Assembly: GCA_002633005.1 (NCBI GenBank) | Contig: NMRA01000763.1 | Span: forward strand, 95,542 to 159,541 | Direction of reading: 5' to 3' | DNA: 64,000 bases | Source of the DNA: Phoronis australis | Taxonomy: Eukaryota; Animalia; Phoronida | Shown here: positions 25,801-36,729 of the stretch, piece after piece | Position numbering within the stretch: the stretch's first letter is position 1 | How the letters are laid out: every line of letters starts with the position of its first letter | The notes under the pieces: model-generated | The model's database searches: none | Seen by the model: the letters and a program-made list of their open reading frames with translations, nothing else | Told to the model about the DNA's origin: nothing | Translations under genes and position numbers: made by a program

Positions 25801-27192
25801 TACATCGCTGGACATTTGCCGAGTTTGCCAATTTTTCACTTCAGGTATTTTGTTAATTTCGATTCTTGCTGACGGGATTTGCTGACCTCAGCTCCCATTT
25901 GGCAGGCTGGGAGTTTCGCCAGGTCGCATTTGGCAAGTTGACGTCACGCAAAGGGTCAAGCCATGAAATGTTTGTGTGTTTACCAATCACTGGCTGTGAG
26001 ATCCACTGAAGAGTCTAGGTCTTCACCACGACTGCTACCATAATACTCCCGATACTGTCGGTACAGGTCGACAACTTGACTGAATGACAGGGAATCATAG
26101 GAGAGAATCATGCGACGGATGAACAGACCTACAAGAACATAAATGACACGTTCACAACATTTTTTTAGACCAACACATAAATTTGATAAATTCAAATGGC
26201 ACTGGGCACAGAATTACAGCAACGAAAGTGAAGTGATTGTGTCGTGATTGACTCTTTGACCGCCAAACATGCATATTGATGAGTTAGGTACTTTCCCATT
26301 CCTGGCCAATGCAATCTTCAATTTCATGAGGGTCAACTACTAACTGTTTGACATTGGCAAATGACAGGACAGTTATATGAAATTCAAAAACATTGTTTTC
26401 TTCTGTGTTTGCATATGTTGAAGAAATTTCAGTCAAACGCTTTTCTGTCGAATTCCAAATGAAACAATAGCCTGCAAATGGTCCATCGTAGAGTTTAAAT
26501 TCAAATCAAATTAAAAAAATTCTGTAGTACATAGACAATGCAAAGGACTTTACAAGTACGAAGATTCCCTTGCCAACTACCGACCTATGAGACTTGACTT
26601 GCTGATGAGGGGACCATCCGGCGCAAGGAGGCAGGCAGACAGAGACTGCAAGAAGTCCATGAGAGCTACCAACCCTTCCTCTTCACTGCAGAACTGTTCC
26701 AGTCTCTCGGTGACACGCTGCAAGAACGGTGGCTGCAGATTCGCCTCTCCCAGCTCCCCCATTAACACTGGTAATGTTGTGTCGGCAGACTGGAAACCGA
26801 AGGGAACCGAAATATCTTTCATGCATTTTTAATCACAATTCAAACAAAATGCTTGGACGCAATGGAGAGGTCTGCACATATGGCTTTACTTATTAACCTA
26901 GTCCTTAAAACATAGCAGAATCCCACAGCAATGTTTCTGTACATAATTGTTATAATCGTGTCTTAAAAGTATTACCATTGTGTCAACTTTCAACAATCCA
27001 TACCTGGAGCTGTTTCAATAAGAATATCATAAACCCTCTCCTTTCTGCCTCAGTAAATGTCAGGTCGCAGTATGAAAGCTCGGCATTGCCACTGTCCTTA
27101 TAGGTAATGACACAGTATTCACGAATCAGAACCAAGATTGTCAATTTGTGCGGAGATACAGTCTCCCGGTTCTTTAGTACGCTTGCCCTCAT
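10708..27192 (-). CDS. ANAPC5: Anaphase-promoting complex subunit 5 (whole spliced CDS, 16 coding exons, 2187 nt, ~728 aa)
   Basis: All 15 introns are GT-AG with matching phases. The translation is collinear with vertebrate APC5 (VSPHKLTILVLI, GLFIRRMILSYDSLSFSQV, RQAEFF, NPNFAEAHYLSYLN, RYAALN, EAIRLAQEAND..CLQH, ERNKCALEFRQL). Confidence 0.97.
10843..11010. repeat. Degenerate ~26-bp minisatellite (tactgcattcacatgtgaacag-like), continuing at ~11966-12080
   Basis: Repeated ttcacatgt cores. The array is split by the element at 11016-11965. Confidence 0.6.
11016..11965 (-). mobile_element. DINE-1/HINE-like (Helentron-associated) non-autonomous element, spanning an N-gap
   Basis: On the - strand: TTTTT then subterminal IR ATGCGCCCACA with a partial inverted copy, a (GTCC)n microsatellite, and 3' TGTGGGCGCAT plus hairpin AACGC-TCC-GCGTT then GCTCTTGT. 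Same family as 40217-41778. Confidence 0.7.
11239..11685. other. Assembly gap
   Basis: Run of N. Confidence 1.
12232..12326 (-). CDS. ANAPC5: ANAPC5 coding exon 15
   Basis: ttttAG/GTgaga sites; LLNAVDYLSQAAEKFRRVDDHMYAKEAVYYK. Confidence 0.9.
13641..13803 (-). CDS. ANAPC5: ANAPC5 coding exon 14
   Basis: tttcAG/GTgagt sites; YCFGLPRQALDLLD..FDQGRALLLYAK. Confidence 0.92.
14267..14414 (-). CDS. ANAPC5: ANAPC5 coding exon 13
   Basis: tttcAG/GTatga sites; CTLLLAELFCQMGNHPVALSHALEC..LVLASVQ. Confidence 0.92.
14901..15002 (-). CDS. ANAPC5: ANAPC5 coding exon 12
   Basis: ttatAG/GTgtgt sites; QAIVLRHTERTPKAIETLQKLL. Confidence 0.88.
15090..15330 (-). mobile_element. Degenerate tRNA-derived SINE in an ANAPC5 intron
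   Basis: B-box-like GGGTTCAAGTCTC followed by CTTGGACAAGCATGCCACTTAACC, similar to the core of old CORE/Deu-type SINEs. Confidence 0.4.
15635..15825 (-). CDS. ANAPC5: ANAPC5 coding exon 11
   Basis: ttccAG/GTatga sites; GMHCETSKLLEILK..WMICEQEVNFDLAVHRGKWHEA. Confidence 0.93.
16396..16496. repeat. Tandem duplication (~57-bp period, 2 copies)
   Basis: tgctaatgattgacaggtcttcttaYtgaatactttgaac occurs twice. Confidence 0.85.
16760..16985 (+). pseudogene. Decayed HIRAN-like, transposon-associated ORF fragment
   Basis: MDHV..YFNAQGGYVLCTFTGNHRKVGHGRDIPVKYCFVG resembles the VGHVP..FL..GG.I.C.VTG.RR..GLEIPC.Y.F.G pattern. Antisense within an ANAPC5 intron. Confidence 0.35.
17533..17656 (-). CDS. 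ANAPC5: ANAPC5 coding exon 10
   Basis: cttcAG/GTaagg sites; ELTSMCSQTVLHLNTSE..ESEQLALCHL. Confidence 0.92.
18321..18434 (-). CDS. ANAPC5: ANAPC5 coding exon 9
   Basis: ttgcAG/GTaagg sites; VFEYLLKSDILNCQHSISDL..AQKASLWSLYG. Confidence 0.93.
18852..18919 (-). CDS. ANAPC5: ANAPC5 coding exon 8
   Basis: tttcAG/GTaatg sites; YLTSLNVQSLAKHNALATAQPS. Confidence 0.9.
19414..19506 (-). CDS. ANAPC5: ANAPC5 coding exon 7
   Basis: ctgtAG/GTaagt sites; GWLHRLEDQSTSKVAHMMERSVSKAEKLSLW. Confidence 0.9.
20177..20258 (-). CDS. ANAPC5: ANAPC5 coding exon 6
   Basis: ctgtAG/GTaatt sites; QEAREALHEAIRLAQEANDNACLQHAL. Confidence 0.94.
21217..21407 (-). CDS. ANAPC5: ANAPC5 coding exon 5
   Basis: caccAG/GTaaca sites; HYLSYLNQLRVREY..HFFDR..FRYAALNVAALHCHFGH. 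Confidence 0.95.
21415..21487. repeat. (AAT/AAC)n microsatellite immediately upstream of the ANAPC5 exon 5 acceptor
   Basis: Visible directly in the sequence. Confidence 0.9.
21925..22841. mobile_element. Non-autonomous TIR element with TTAA TSD (Kolobok-like)
   Basis: TTAA|GGTAGGTGTATACAC ... GTGTATCTTCCCACC|TTAA. Imperfect 15-bp TIR with GG..CC ends. Confidence 0.55.
23795..23963 (-). CDS. ANAPC5: ANAPC5 coding exon 4
   Basis: ttttacAG/GTaagt sites; SLRQAEFFVARQTHLL..NPNFAEA. Confidence 0.94.
25984..26128 (-). CDS. ANAPC5: ANAPC5 coding exon 3
   Basis: ttgtAG/GTaaac sites; GLFIRRMILSYDSLSFSQVVDLY. Confidence 0.94.
26585..26789 (-). CDS. ANAPC5: ANAPC5 coding exon 2
   Basis: ttccAG/GTcggt sites; SADTTLPVL..LMDFLQSL..ISKSSLIG. 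Confidence 0.88.
27004..27192 (-). CDS. ANAPC5: ANAPC5 coding exon 1 (acceptor at 27244; true start possibly 27244, see findings)
   Basis: MRASVLKNRETVSPHKLTILVLIREY..ERRGFMIFLLKQLQ; donor CAG|GTatgg. Confidence 0.88.
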
Positions 27193-28080
27193 AGCTGGTG
27201 ATCTACCAAAAACTGCTGTAGCTATTGACCTTTAACCTCATCATCTGCAAAGAAAATTACTGTGATATAATAAGACAGATGGAATGTAAAATGTCTTCCT
27301 TATCAATGGAAATTATCATTTTGGCAAATAGCACAGTACCTTAAGCTTATTTAACTGGTAGAATCTGCTGCAGTAATTACAGCCAATGATCAGCAGTCAA
27401 CAGTGACAAAAGGCAATTTGTATTAAAATTGAAAAGTGAAACGAAATGGATTTCCACATTTTACAACTCTGGTCAAAGCTACAACACAATGAAGTATGTC
27501 TACAGGAATTTAGACAGATTTCACGAATAATTCTAATTCCACTTTTTGGTTGATGTGGAAGTTTTCACTGCATGCGATAATCACCCATAAGATTAGGTGA
27601 CGTCACACAAGTAATGACTGGGGGTATACCTGTAACGTATAACAACTCACTGAGGCTACAGTAAGTGGACCTTAACAGAACTTCATATGTTCCAATTATC
27701 ACTTCTGATAGTAATTTTAATTTTTAACACATGACTGTAAATATCGATGCTTCATTGAAAATTATTTTGAAATCAATAACTTTTAATGGGAAAGTACCAC
27801 CACTTGTAGGTGAAGCCATGCCAGAGGTGGTGCAACTGCCTGCATGCCAGTTAATGTTATTCAGCGATTGCCTGGTGTCAGAATAAATATTGATCAAGTA
27901 ATTAGTAAGAATAGATCCATTTTAAGTTACCCAGAATTTGTGCATATGTACTTTTAAATCATGGGGTCAGACTTGTTGACATGTACTTTAAGGTCAAAAT
28001 CTATTTTTAGATGGTGTTTACAACTTAGGTTTCTGGGGTCAAAGTACTCTAGAGATTCTAGAAAATTCTGAGAACAAATT

Positions 28081-29507
28081 CACGGGTGAGAAACAACATG
28101 ACCGCCGGTCCTCTAAATTGGACTGACTCACCCAAAACAGGACCTCCATGGATCAAATGGGACCGTCGCACCAGAAAATGGGACTGACGCACCTAAAAAC
28201 ATGACCGTCCCACCAGAAAACAGGACTGCAGGAGACTGAACATGACCGCCGGACAATATGTAGTTATCAATACCTTTGTAAGATACTGCTTGTGATTACA
28301 TAATCGGTCAGCTAGCTGTGCAAAGACTCACCAAAATAAAGCTTGGTAGCACTGCGTTATTGAGCTCCGTTAAATCCCTGAAATTTCGCACAGCCCGAGT
28401 ATAGTTCTGCTCGTCACCTTGTCGTGAAACTTATATCAACATGTAGAGCTCGCGAGCGGAGCAGGCGCATGCAAAATGTAGGAGTCAAACAACACTCACC
28501 TTGCAGGTTGCAGCTGCTGGAGTGAAAAACAATCTAATGAACGTCATTTGTTTGCCTATTGTAACAAAAAAGTCTGTCGTGCTTGTGACATGAGCACGCG
28601 ACATGTCCTAAAATTTTGCGACATCTTTCGGAAGATGATGACTCAACTTCGCAGCAGCACGATTTGTTCTAAAATTTGATTTGCTGGTATTAAAATACTA
28701 AAAACATATGACGAAATGAAACCAGTTTCGATAATTTGTTGTGCCATGTACGCAACCTTGTAGAAGAGAAGAAGAGCTGACTGAACGGTGAAAAAATTAA
28801 GGAACTGGTCAATGTAAGCTGACCTAAAAGAACGCACCTCAATTTTAGCAGCAGAATTACGAAAGAACAATTTTTTCCGGCGAGCGCCGATAAATAATTT
28901 AGCTTACTCAAGGAAGAGTGTCGTTAATAACACTAAATCGGTGAAGATTTTATATGTTCAGCGTTTTACCCACATCGGCGCCAAGCTATATATTTAGTAT
29001 ACTGCTTTGCCGCACAAAGGCTAGTTATGATGCTACACCCGAGAACCAGAACGCCCGTTTTTATTCTTGACTAAAACCTCAAATTGGAGAAAACGATTTT
29101 CATTTTGTTCTAAAACTTACGCAGTGGATAAAGTTATAATTATTTAGCTCCAAAGCGTGCAACATGGTTGGTTTGTGGTTAAAACTCAAAAGCACCGCAT
29201 GTTACAAAGCGAAGTGTCCAGTAGCGCACAAAAGATTTCGTTGGATTAACTGGCACGAGACCAGCATATGCATACGTATATAGCTCCATTGAATGATCTG
29301 TGTAGGACTACCGGAAATAAATCTTAACTTGTTTGTCACTGCGGTTTCAATCCCCGGCGGTCATGATCAGTCCCCGGCGGTCCTGTTTTCTGGTGGGGCG
29401 GTCATGTTTTTTCTGGTGCGAAGGTCCCATTTGATCCCCGGAGGTCCTGTTTTGGGTGAGTCGGTCAGACTTAAGAGGACCAGCGGTCATGTTGTTTATC
29501 ACCCGTG
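28081..29507. mobile_element. Non-autonomous TIR DNA transposon with CACGGGTGA termini, ~170-bp TIRs and 5-bp TSD AAATT (Chapaev/Transib-like)
   Basis: 28081-28252 is the inverted complement of ~29352-29507, with internal catgaccg/ggacc subrepeats. AAATT at 28076-28080 and 29508-29512. Confidence 0.8.
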
Positions 29508-30513
29508 AAATTGTAACAGCCAATAATATGAGTGGATATGATCATGTGGGTTTTATTAGCCAATCACTAAATAAGTAGAATGTTATATATTATGGGCTGA
29601 AATCAACAAGATAATTAGATGCGCTATAGTAGTTGAAGCATAAAGACTTGCAACAGTGTACAGAGGAAATTGTACAACAGAACCATCTCGTGGAAGATTC
29701 TAGAAAGGATCTTGGCAAGGGCAAGGGTTAACGAACAGGAAATTAACTAAGAGCTTGTCACTTGCAATGTGGGTAGTAAGGTACTACCTGAAGCGTTGCG
29801 TCATCAGCCAGAGACTGTGACCAGCAAGAAGAATCGCCGGTAGAAGAAATTGCCTGCAAGTGTTGCATCACCAGACTGGCGGTGACCAGCAAGTACACAG
29901 TCGCTATACAGTGTGTGTAGTTCGAAAATTCACCAACAGGACAGTCATACAATAAGTGGAGAGTCCTAGCTTGGATAGCAGATAAGACATTTGAATATTT
30001 TGGTTGATCGATTAAAGTAGTCTTTAAAGAGGGTGCTAGCGTAGTTACTCTACTAAATTACTAAATTAACAATAGGTTTCACTTGTCTAATTAGGGCTTA
30101 TCATATAATAAATTAATTACTGGTTTTGATTATTTACTCTCCATCTAAGCACAATCTCAAAGCATAGCTACCTTTAACAAACCCACTGTCAATCGTCCGA
30201 CACCTGGTTCTCAGAATCTGGGACCGCTATACATATTCGACCAGTGTCAATCTGTCTACGGCCCAGGCCTACACTAGTGTATGTGTCTTGTGATCTTATC
30301 CGTCAAGATAAGCCAACAATCCCAACATAACACCACAGACGTTCCCAGCTTTCATGATCATGATCGCGTTGGATTGGGACGATCAGAAGCTGCGGACGCC
30401 TGAGACTGAGTAATAAGGTTGAGTCTTGGGCAAGTTGTAGGCAAATTTTTCTACTATTCGTTTAATTTTATGAAATATGCATAGCCTTAGAAAAAAATGA
30501 GGAAATTTCTTAC

Positions 30514-30660
30514 CAGGAAAGTATACTTTAAACTTGTCAAATACCGGCACGTCGTCGTCGTTCAACTTCACTAGAATAGACTACTCGTAATCGGACTCGT
30601 AGTCAGCCCCGCGCACATTTGATTGGTTTAACCATAGATATTATAGTCTATGGTTTAACT
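30514..30660 (-). promoter_or_regulatory. Candidate ANAPC5 promoter and non-coding first exon
   Basis: Strong minus-strand donor CTG|GTAAGA at 30514/30513, CpG-rich sequence, GACTAC motifs and a CCAAT box (30622-30626). The first coding exon has an acceptor, so an upstream exon is expected. Confidence 0.4.
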
Positions 30661-31800
30661 AGTGTGACTTGTCACTAAGACTAAGTCAAAGAGTTTCTAT
30701 GGGAATTGTCTTTAGTGTAGGGTAAAAAAGGTCGAAATGGGTGATATGCTCTTGCTTCATACGAGAACCGACGTTCTTATGGCTCAGCTGTTTAATGGGC
30801 ACTCAAGATCAACCAAAGTTTCCGCCGCTGCAAGTTTTTGTGTTAACGTCAACACAATTTTCGATGACATAATAAATTCATCCTGCCATCTAGCGGCATT
30901 AGACATACTGCGGAACAAGAATCCCGATCCTAGTCTGTGAGACTGGGGAAGGCGGGGTAGCATTCAATAATGGCCTGTAAAAAGGAACCTATTGGTCGTT
31001 TTTTCGCTTAGATGATATTGGGTCATTTTTTAATATTGAAAAATGAACCTGTCAACGTTGCTGGCAACTCAGTGCATGCAATAGTTTCGCGGCCTGGATG
31101 CCGCCGACTCAGCTGGAGCTCCATAATGACTTCAGTTTTCCGTTTCTATATACTGAAATTTGACGCCGCCCAAGCGTGCGTTCAGTATCGCTAGGACATC
31201 GCTAAAAAGGAAGACTTCGCGAGAATACGTGAGAGATTGCCGTGTATTTAAATTGAGAACGAGTGACTGGCTAGATTTTCGTAATCGGGGCCCGGACGGC
31301 GTTTTCCCCGGCGTTGCTCCCAACTTGTTCGATTCTATAGCTCAAGTTGGGAAGATCACCCGCCCTGTAGCCAATATCTTACACCACTGACTGGGATTAA
31401 CTCCATTCCCGACTGAAGATCTTTAGCCGCTGACTGGGCTCGGCCGAGTGCTGCTAAAAACAAAGTAAAGTTATAACATATACTGGACCGTTCACATGCA
31501 ATAGCACTCGGATTTCTGAATTCCTTGTCAAACCATGAATGCTGACCATGATAGTTTTTGAATCACCAAACTCGCCCAACTACAACAGAAGTTAAGACAA
31601 TCCAGTTAGTTCTGCCAAGTACGTTTCAGTACTGAACCCTGGCTTAATTAGGGCCTTTCATCGACGCCGCCGTCGATGTTTTGGGGAGTTGCGGTCAGTA
31701 ACGGCTTAACTCCGGCCGGGTCCTGGATCGCAGTTAACAGCTGAGATCCAGTTAACATCGCACTTAACAGTTTGATTTAGAGTGGTGGATCTCGGATACC

Positions 31801-31970
31801 ATGAGGGGGGCCGACATCCTCGAAGAATTGGACAAAGCGCTATTGTATGTGCACGAGGCGGCCCGGCCAATAGTGCGGGGTAACGGCCCTTCGGGAAATC
31901 TCTCGTTGGGCCTAAAAAAAAAACGGGAACGTGTTTTTCCCCTCACCCGCTACCGGTTCCAGCTCCTGAA
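31801..31970 (+). CDS. Candidate first coding exon of an unknown + strand gene
   Basis: accATG in a CpG-rich region, a 170-nt open frame (MRGADILEELDKALLYVHE...), and a consensus-like donor AA|GTAAGT (phase 2). No recognisable homology. Confidence 0.25.
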
Positions 31971-32103
31971 GTAAGTATTTCCTCACGCTTCACCCTGTTT
32001 TGCTGGTTCCAACTTTGCTTGCGGCAGCCAACCATAAGTCCATGAGGCGGATTGGAGGGCCGGGCCCCCTGCCCCCTCAAATCCGCCTACCGGGATTCAT
32101 GCG

Positions 32104-32119
32104 GTGTGTGCGTGCGCGG

Positions 32120-32192
<73 letters not shown>
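32104..32192. repeat. (GCGT)n(GT)n microsatellite running into a gap
   Basis: Visible directly in the sequence. Confidence 0.95.
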
Positions 32193-32530
32193 NNNNNNNN
32201 NNNNNNNNNNNNNNNNNNNNNNNNNNNNNNNNNNNNNNNNNNNNNNNNNNNNNNNNNNNNNNNNNNNNNNNNNNNNNNNNNNNNNNNNNNNNNNNNNNNN
32301 NNNNNNNNNNNNNNNNNNNNNNNNNNNNNNNNNNNNNNNNNNNNNNNNNNNNNNNNNNNNNNNNNNNNNNNNNNNNNNNNNNNNNNNNNNNNNNNNNNNN
32401 NNNNNNNNNNNNNNNNNNNNNNNNNNNNNNNNNNNNNNNNNNNNNNNNNNNNNNNNNNNNNNNNNNNNNNNNNNNNNNNNNNNNNNNNNNNNNNNNNNNN
32501 NNNNNNNNNNNNNNNNNNNNNNNNNNNNNN
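32193..32530. other. Assembly gap
   Basis: Run of N. Confidence 1.
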
Positions 32531-33798
32531 CCATGTTCAAACTTATAGCTAACTTTTAAAATAGTACCTGAGACACAGCTGATTTGCTTTTTGTTAAGTA
32601 TATTGCAGGCTTCTTGCAGATATTGTCCAAAACGCTATTTTACGGAGTTTTTAAGATTCTCCACTCTTGTGTGAGCATTTATGTGGAAATTTTTTCGCTT
32701 ACACTGGTCACCGCTCAGATTCTCTTAGCCCCAAACCACTTTAACGATGCCTTCAGCTCGCCCTTTGTATTGATGTAGACCTGAACTAATGAAATCTAAA
32801 GGTAATAACTTACACTACTCGGTCTCAACAATCGTGTTTGTTATTTCACCCAAACAGGTTTTCTCTGGCATTATCACAGAGTTACATCCTGCAGCTGTGG
32901 AGAGTAGTTTTAACTTGGTACACAATATGACTAAGAATTTTATTTCGTTTTTATCTTCACAAAAAGACACTTCCCATAAGGAACGATGGTTTTAAAAATT
33001 GTTTAATACCAGTTTTTGGTATTCGATTTCTTTTTTAATACTCCTGTCTACTTGGTTTTTCTCATACTGGGAACGGATTGATACAAATGTACTTTTACAT
33101 TTTATTTTTAAACTTGAAGTACTGAAACAGTCTATGATCGTCAGCGAAACTTTGTTACACTAAATATTAGTCATTATTTCAAGTTTGATCTTTATTAGTC
33201 TAAAATATGCGAAAGTGTAAATATGGTGATAGTCAAGATGAAATTTGTAATCTCTGGAAAATTTCGGTTGTACTGACTGCAAAACTATTTTAGCTTTTTG
33301 TCACTTTAGAATGGGCACAAGTTAATTACAACAAGTTAACAATCTGGTTAAAATAGATTGAAAAAATACTAAAAGAAAAATGCATGTGGTAAACTCTGAT
33401 CAGCGTGTGTCAATCCACCGAGTATATCAATACACACGGTCGTTTATCTTCAACTGTACTCAATGTTTGTAGTTTTTAGCTTATTAGTTAATCGATTTTT
33501 TAAAAACCGAAAACCATACGTGGTCGCTTTTTCCAGATAAACACAGCGTGGTGTTCATTTTAACGACATTTTTTGGTTCGTGCATTTTGAAAATTTGCCA
33601 TCTTGTACAGGCAGAGATGTTTACTAACGTTTATGGTCCGGTAAATGCACTTAATTGCGGTCATCACAACTGTTTCAAACCCCGGTGCCGCGCTCGACCT
33701 CATTGATCCTGGTAAAGCCGCTTAGCGGAAGGAAGAAAGGTGAAAATTCACGCATATCTTTAGAAATGCGTGACTTCCTCAGTTCCTTGTAAGCGTAT

Positions 33799-34810
33799 TA
33801 GACCGCATGTTTATTAAAACCAAACTTGTGATTCTTACAAAAATTTGCACAAAACCGAATAAATCGTATCCTTTCACACCCCTTAGTGGGAAAAAACGGC
33901 GTCTACCGGAATCGGAGTGGCGGAAGTTAGTTTTTCAAGATGGCGGACAAAATGGCCGATAGATTTTCTGATGCTCACTATAACTCAAGAGTGGAATGTG
34001 ATAGAGTAAAAATTCAAAAAGGTTTACTTACGTAATGTGGGTCACAAATCAATTGAAAATGGTTTTGCATGGCTGTGGTGACACCATCAGCCATTTTCCA
34101 AGATGGCCTCCAAAATTAACTATATCAAATTGCACAACTTCGCAGAAACAAATTAGTGCGTCTTGCTTCAAACATTGTATCATAGGTTTTCTGGGTCGAC
34201 TAATCCACTTAGACTCATTGCGTTTGGCTTTAATGAGTACTTCCACCATTTTCTAAGATGGCCACCAAATAGTTGCTTTGTGTAAGAACTTCAGATTCCA
34301 GAGACACGCCATGTCCTGAAATTTTTAGGTCAGCACGTCCATTACAATAATTTTTGTCTGGGTCTTGATGCTTACGACTACCATTTTCCAGATGGTTTAA
34401 CAAATAACTTACTTGGGTCAAAAGCATCAGGTTTCCCTGGATTGAAGGATCATTCTCCTCCTGAAAAAATGTGCTGTATTTAAAAAATCTCTCTGCAATT
34501 AATTCATTGATCTACTAGCCACACTGTCTGTGTCACTTCCAGTTAGTTGTAAATGCTAATGAATCTATACACAATCAACCAGTATTTACACAACTAATCT
34601 CTGGCAACTGAGAATGAATTGCTGCAGCTAAAACCACGGCATTCTCCACATGCAACCGAGTACAGCAGTCCTAACTTCTTGCAAGTACATCTCTCGGAAC
34701 TGCAGTTGGTCTTACACGAGCATCTCACTACTTTCATCAGGTTCTCTGGTGCTGCTGACTGGTCATTCGTCGTGGAAATGAATTTTCCACCCACCTGCCA
34801 ACATCCATCC
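33799..34810 (-). mobile_element. One-ended Academ-type transposon fragment (Cys-rich tail plus TIR)
   Basis: Minus ORF AAPENLMKVVRCSCKTNCSSERCTCKKLGL..ACGECRGFSCSN. The terminal region has repeated CAAGATGGC motifs and a TAG terminus, like 190-2919. Confidence 0.7.
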
Positions 34811-36072
34811 CCAATACAGCGAGTCTACGCCACTGCCACGGAAGCTTGAACGCCCTTGCTCTTGATAATATGTCCCGGCAGCATGGAATTTATCTACTAA
34901 AGAAAGTTGGTCATAATGACTGTATTTGGACTGTGGCTACTACAAATTTACTTTACTATTTAGACAGATTTATAGCAACACTTTACATATCACTTTTGGC
35001 TATGGATATCCTCATGCTACGACCGGTAGGGTTCGCGTTAATCACGGGCGGGCAGAGCCTGATAATGGAAAGCAATACAATTTCCTGAATCGAAAGTTGA
35101 CAGACAGGAAACAAAAAAACACCGACCTATCCGTTTGAGAGACCACGACCCCTAAGGCAAATCTCTGTTCACGAATGAAGACTGACGGACGACCTGCATC
35201 TAACTTCGCCGTAGCCCCCAGCGCCGTTTAGTTTTTGAAAGTTTCCATTCATATGCAATGCGCTCGAAGATCTCTCCCGTTTCTTCACTGCAAGATGACG
35301 TGTGGCACGATTTTCCATTGAGAAAACTCTTTTGGTATTCAGTATCTCTAAAAGGCGAGTTTATTGATCTGGAATCTGTAAGGACGTGGTTACCAGGTTG
35401 TTGCACTTCGATTACTTGGTGTGCTCGTAGTTCATTGGAAAGCGCAATAACCCCTCCTGAGAATAATAGCATGAACCTTGAATATTTTCATTTGAGTGGG
35501 TCGGCCTGCTGTTTCAGATTGCGGCCATTTCCTTAAATGCGCACACCGTGAGGAGATGATGTTTTACCCGATACATGAAGGACGATACAGGTGCGTAACT
35601 TCTGTCATTAATTACATTTTTGTCTGGCTGATTGCTGTTACAGTTCTCCAACTGTGGCAACTGTTGTAATACGTATATGTTTTAAGTGTCGGCTGTATTT
35701 TACAGTAGTTGTTCGTTGGGTTATACGCATACATTAGTGTTAGTGTCGTGATGACGCACATTTATTCAAATGGATATTCACTGAAAAGGCTATGGCTTTA
35801 AGAGAAGAACTGCTGTCCGTGTAAATACTCTGAATATACATTTGAATTTATGTATTTTATTTCTGTATGAGTAAGCAAAGCCTACGATGTACAATAATTG
35901 ATATTATTAGAATTATTATTATTATTATTATTAAATGGATATATCTATCCATATATCAAATGTATTATCATTAGCTTGCACTAGACGTTTGTTACTTGAC
36001 TTGCTGAATTTAACGCTCTTTCTAATCCCGACTAACAGTTGTAATAGCATTCTAACTAGGGCCCTAACATGC

Positions 36073-36729
36073 GACCCGTTTTATGGACTCTGGATCCTAT
36101 CTGTCCCGGGTTTTTGTGTCCCGGTGTTTTGCGTAATAGTCCAGACGCTAAGCAGACGAGTGTGCAAGTTTTAGCAACACTTGCCAGTTAGGCCCACATG
36201 ACAGTTTTCAGGTGCTTTACGATCCTGATTTAGGGCATAAGTTCAACAAGTAATAAAGTAACGTGTTATATTTTTATGCATTTTCCTTAGTTGCATTGGA
36301 TTCTGGTCGTTGCCAGATAAAGCAATGCCCCCTGGAATTTTGGAATGCAAGCTCACTTCTTGAAAATGCGCCTATAGTTTTCAAGATTTCGGCTAGGTCG
36401 CAAACGGCGAACTTGAGTATGTTAATTTTCTTGGCTCATCGAGCACTGACCAATGACACATACATGTAGGACTCGGTGTGAAAGTAGCCATTGCCTCCCT
36501 GGAGAAATTGTCGGGCTTGCGTGTATTTGAATGAAGCATCCGGCTAATCCATTGATTAACGTGCCAGTACATCGGCATTCAAATACATTCAGCTAGGACA
36601 TTCTCTGCAGGGGTACAATCACAGCTACCACACCAGGACACATAGAACTCCTTCCGATGCAATGAAAACTGGTCATACCGTACCCGGGACACGTACATAT
36701 GTGAATCCCGATATGCATAAAACGGGAAC
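36073..36729. mobile_element. TIR element (MITE-like) inserted in the first array unit
   Basis: gacccgttttatgg..tgtcccggg at the left end versus cccgggacac..gcataaaacgggaac at the right end. Absent from other units. Confidence 0.5.

Noticed and set aside
28055-28069. Perfect three-unit heat-shock element (TTCtaGAAaaTTC)
   Set aside because: A single short match in AT-rich, repeat-adjacent DNA with no supporting context.
29581-30179. Solo LTR (TGTTA...TAACA)
   Set aside because: Flanks (TAGAA / AACCC) show no TSD and there is no second copy in the window.
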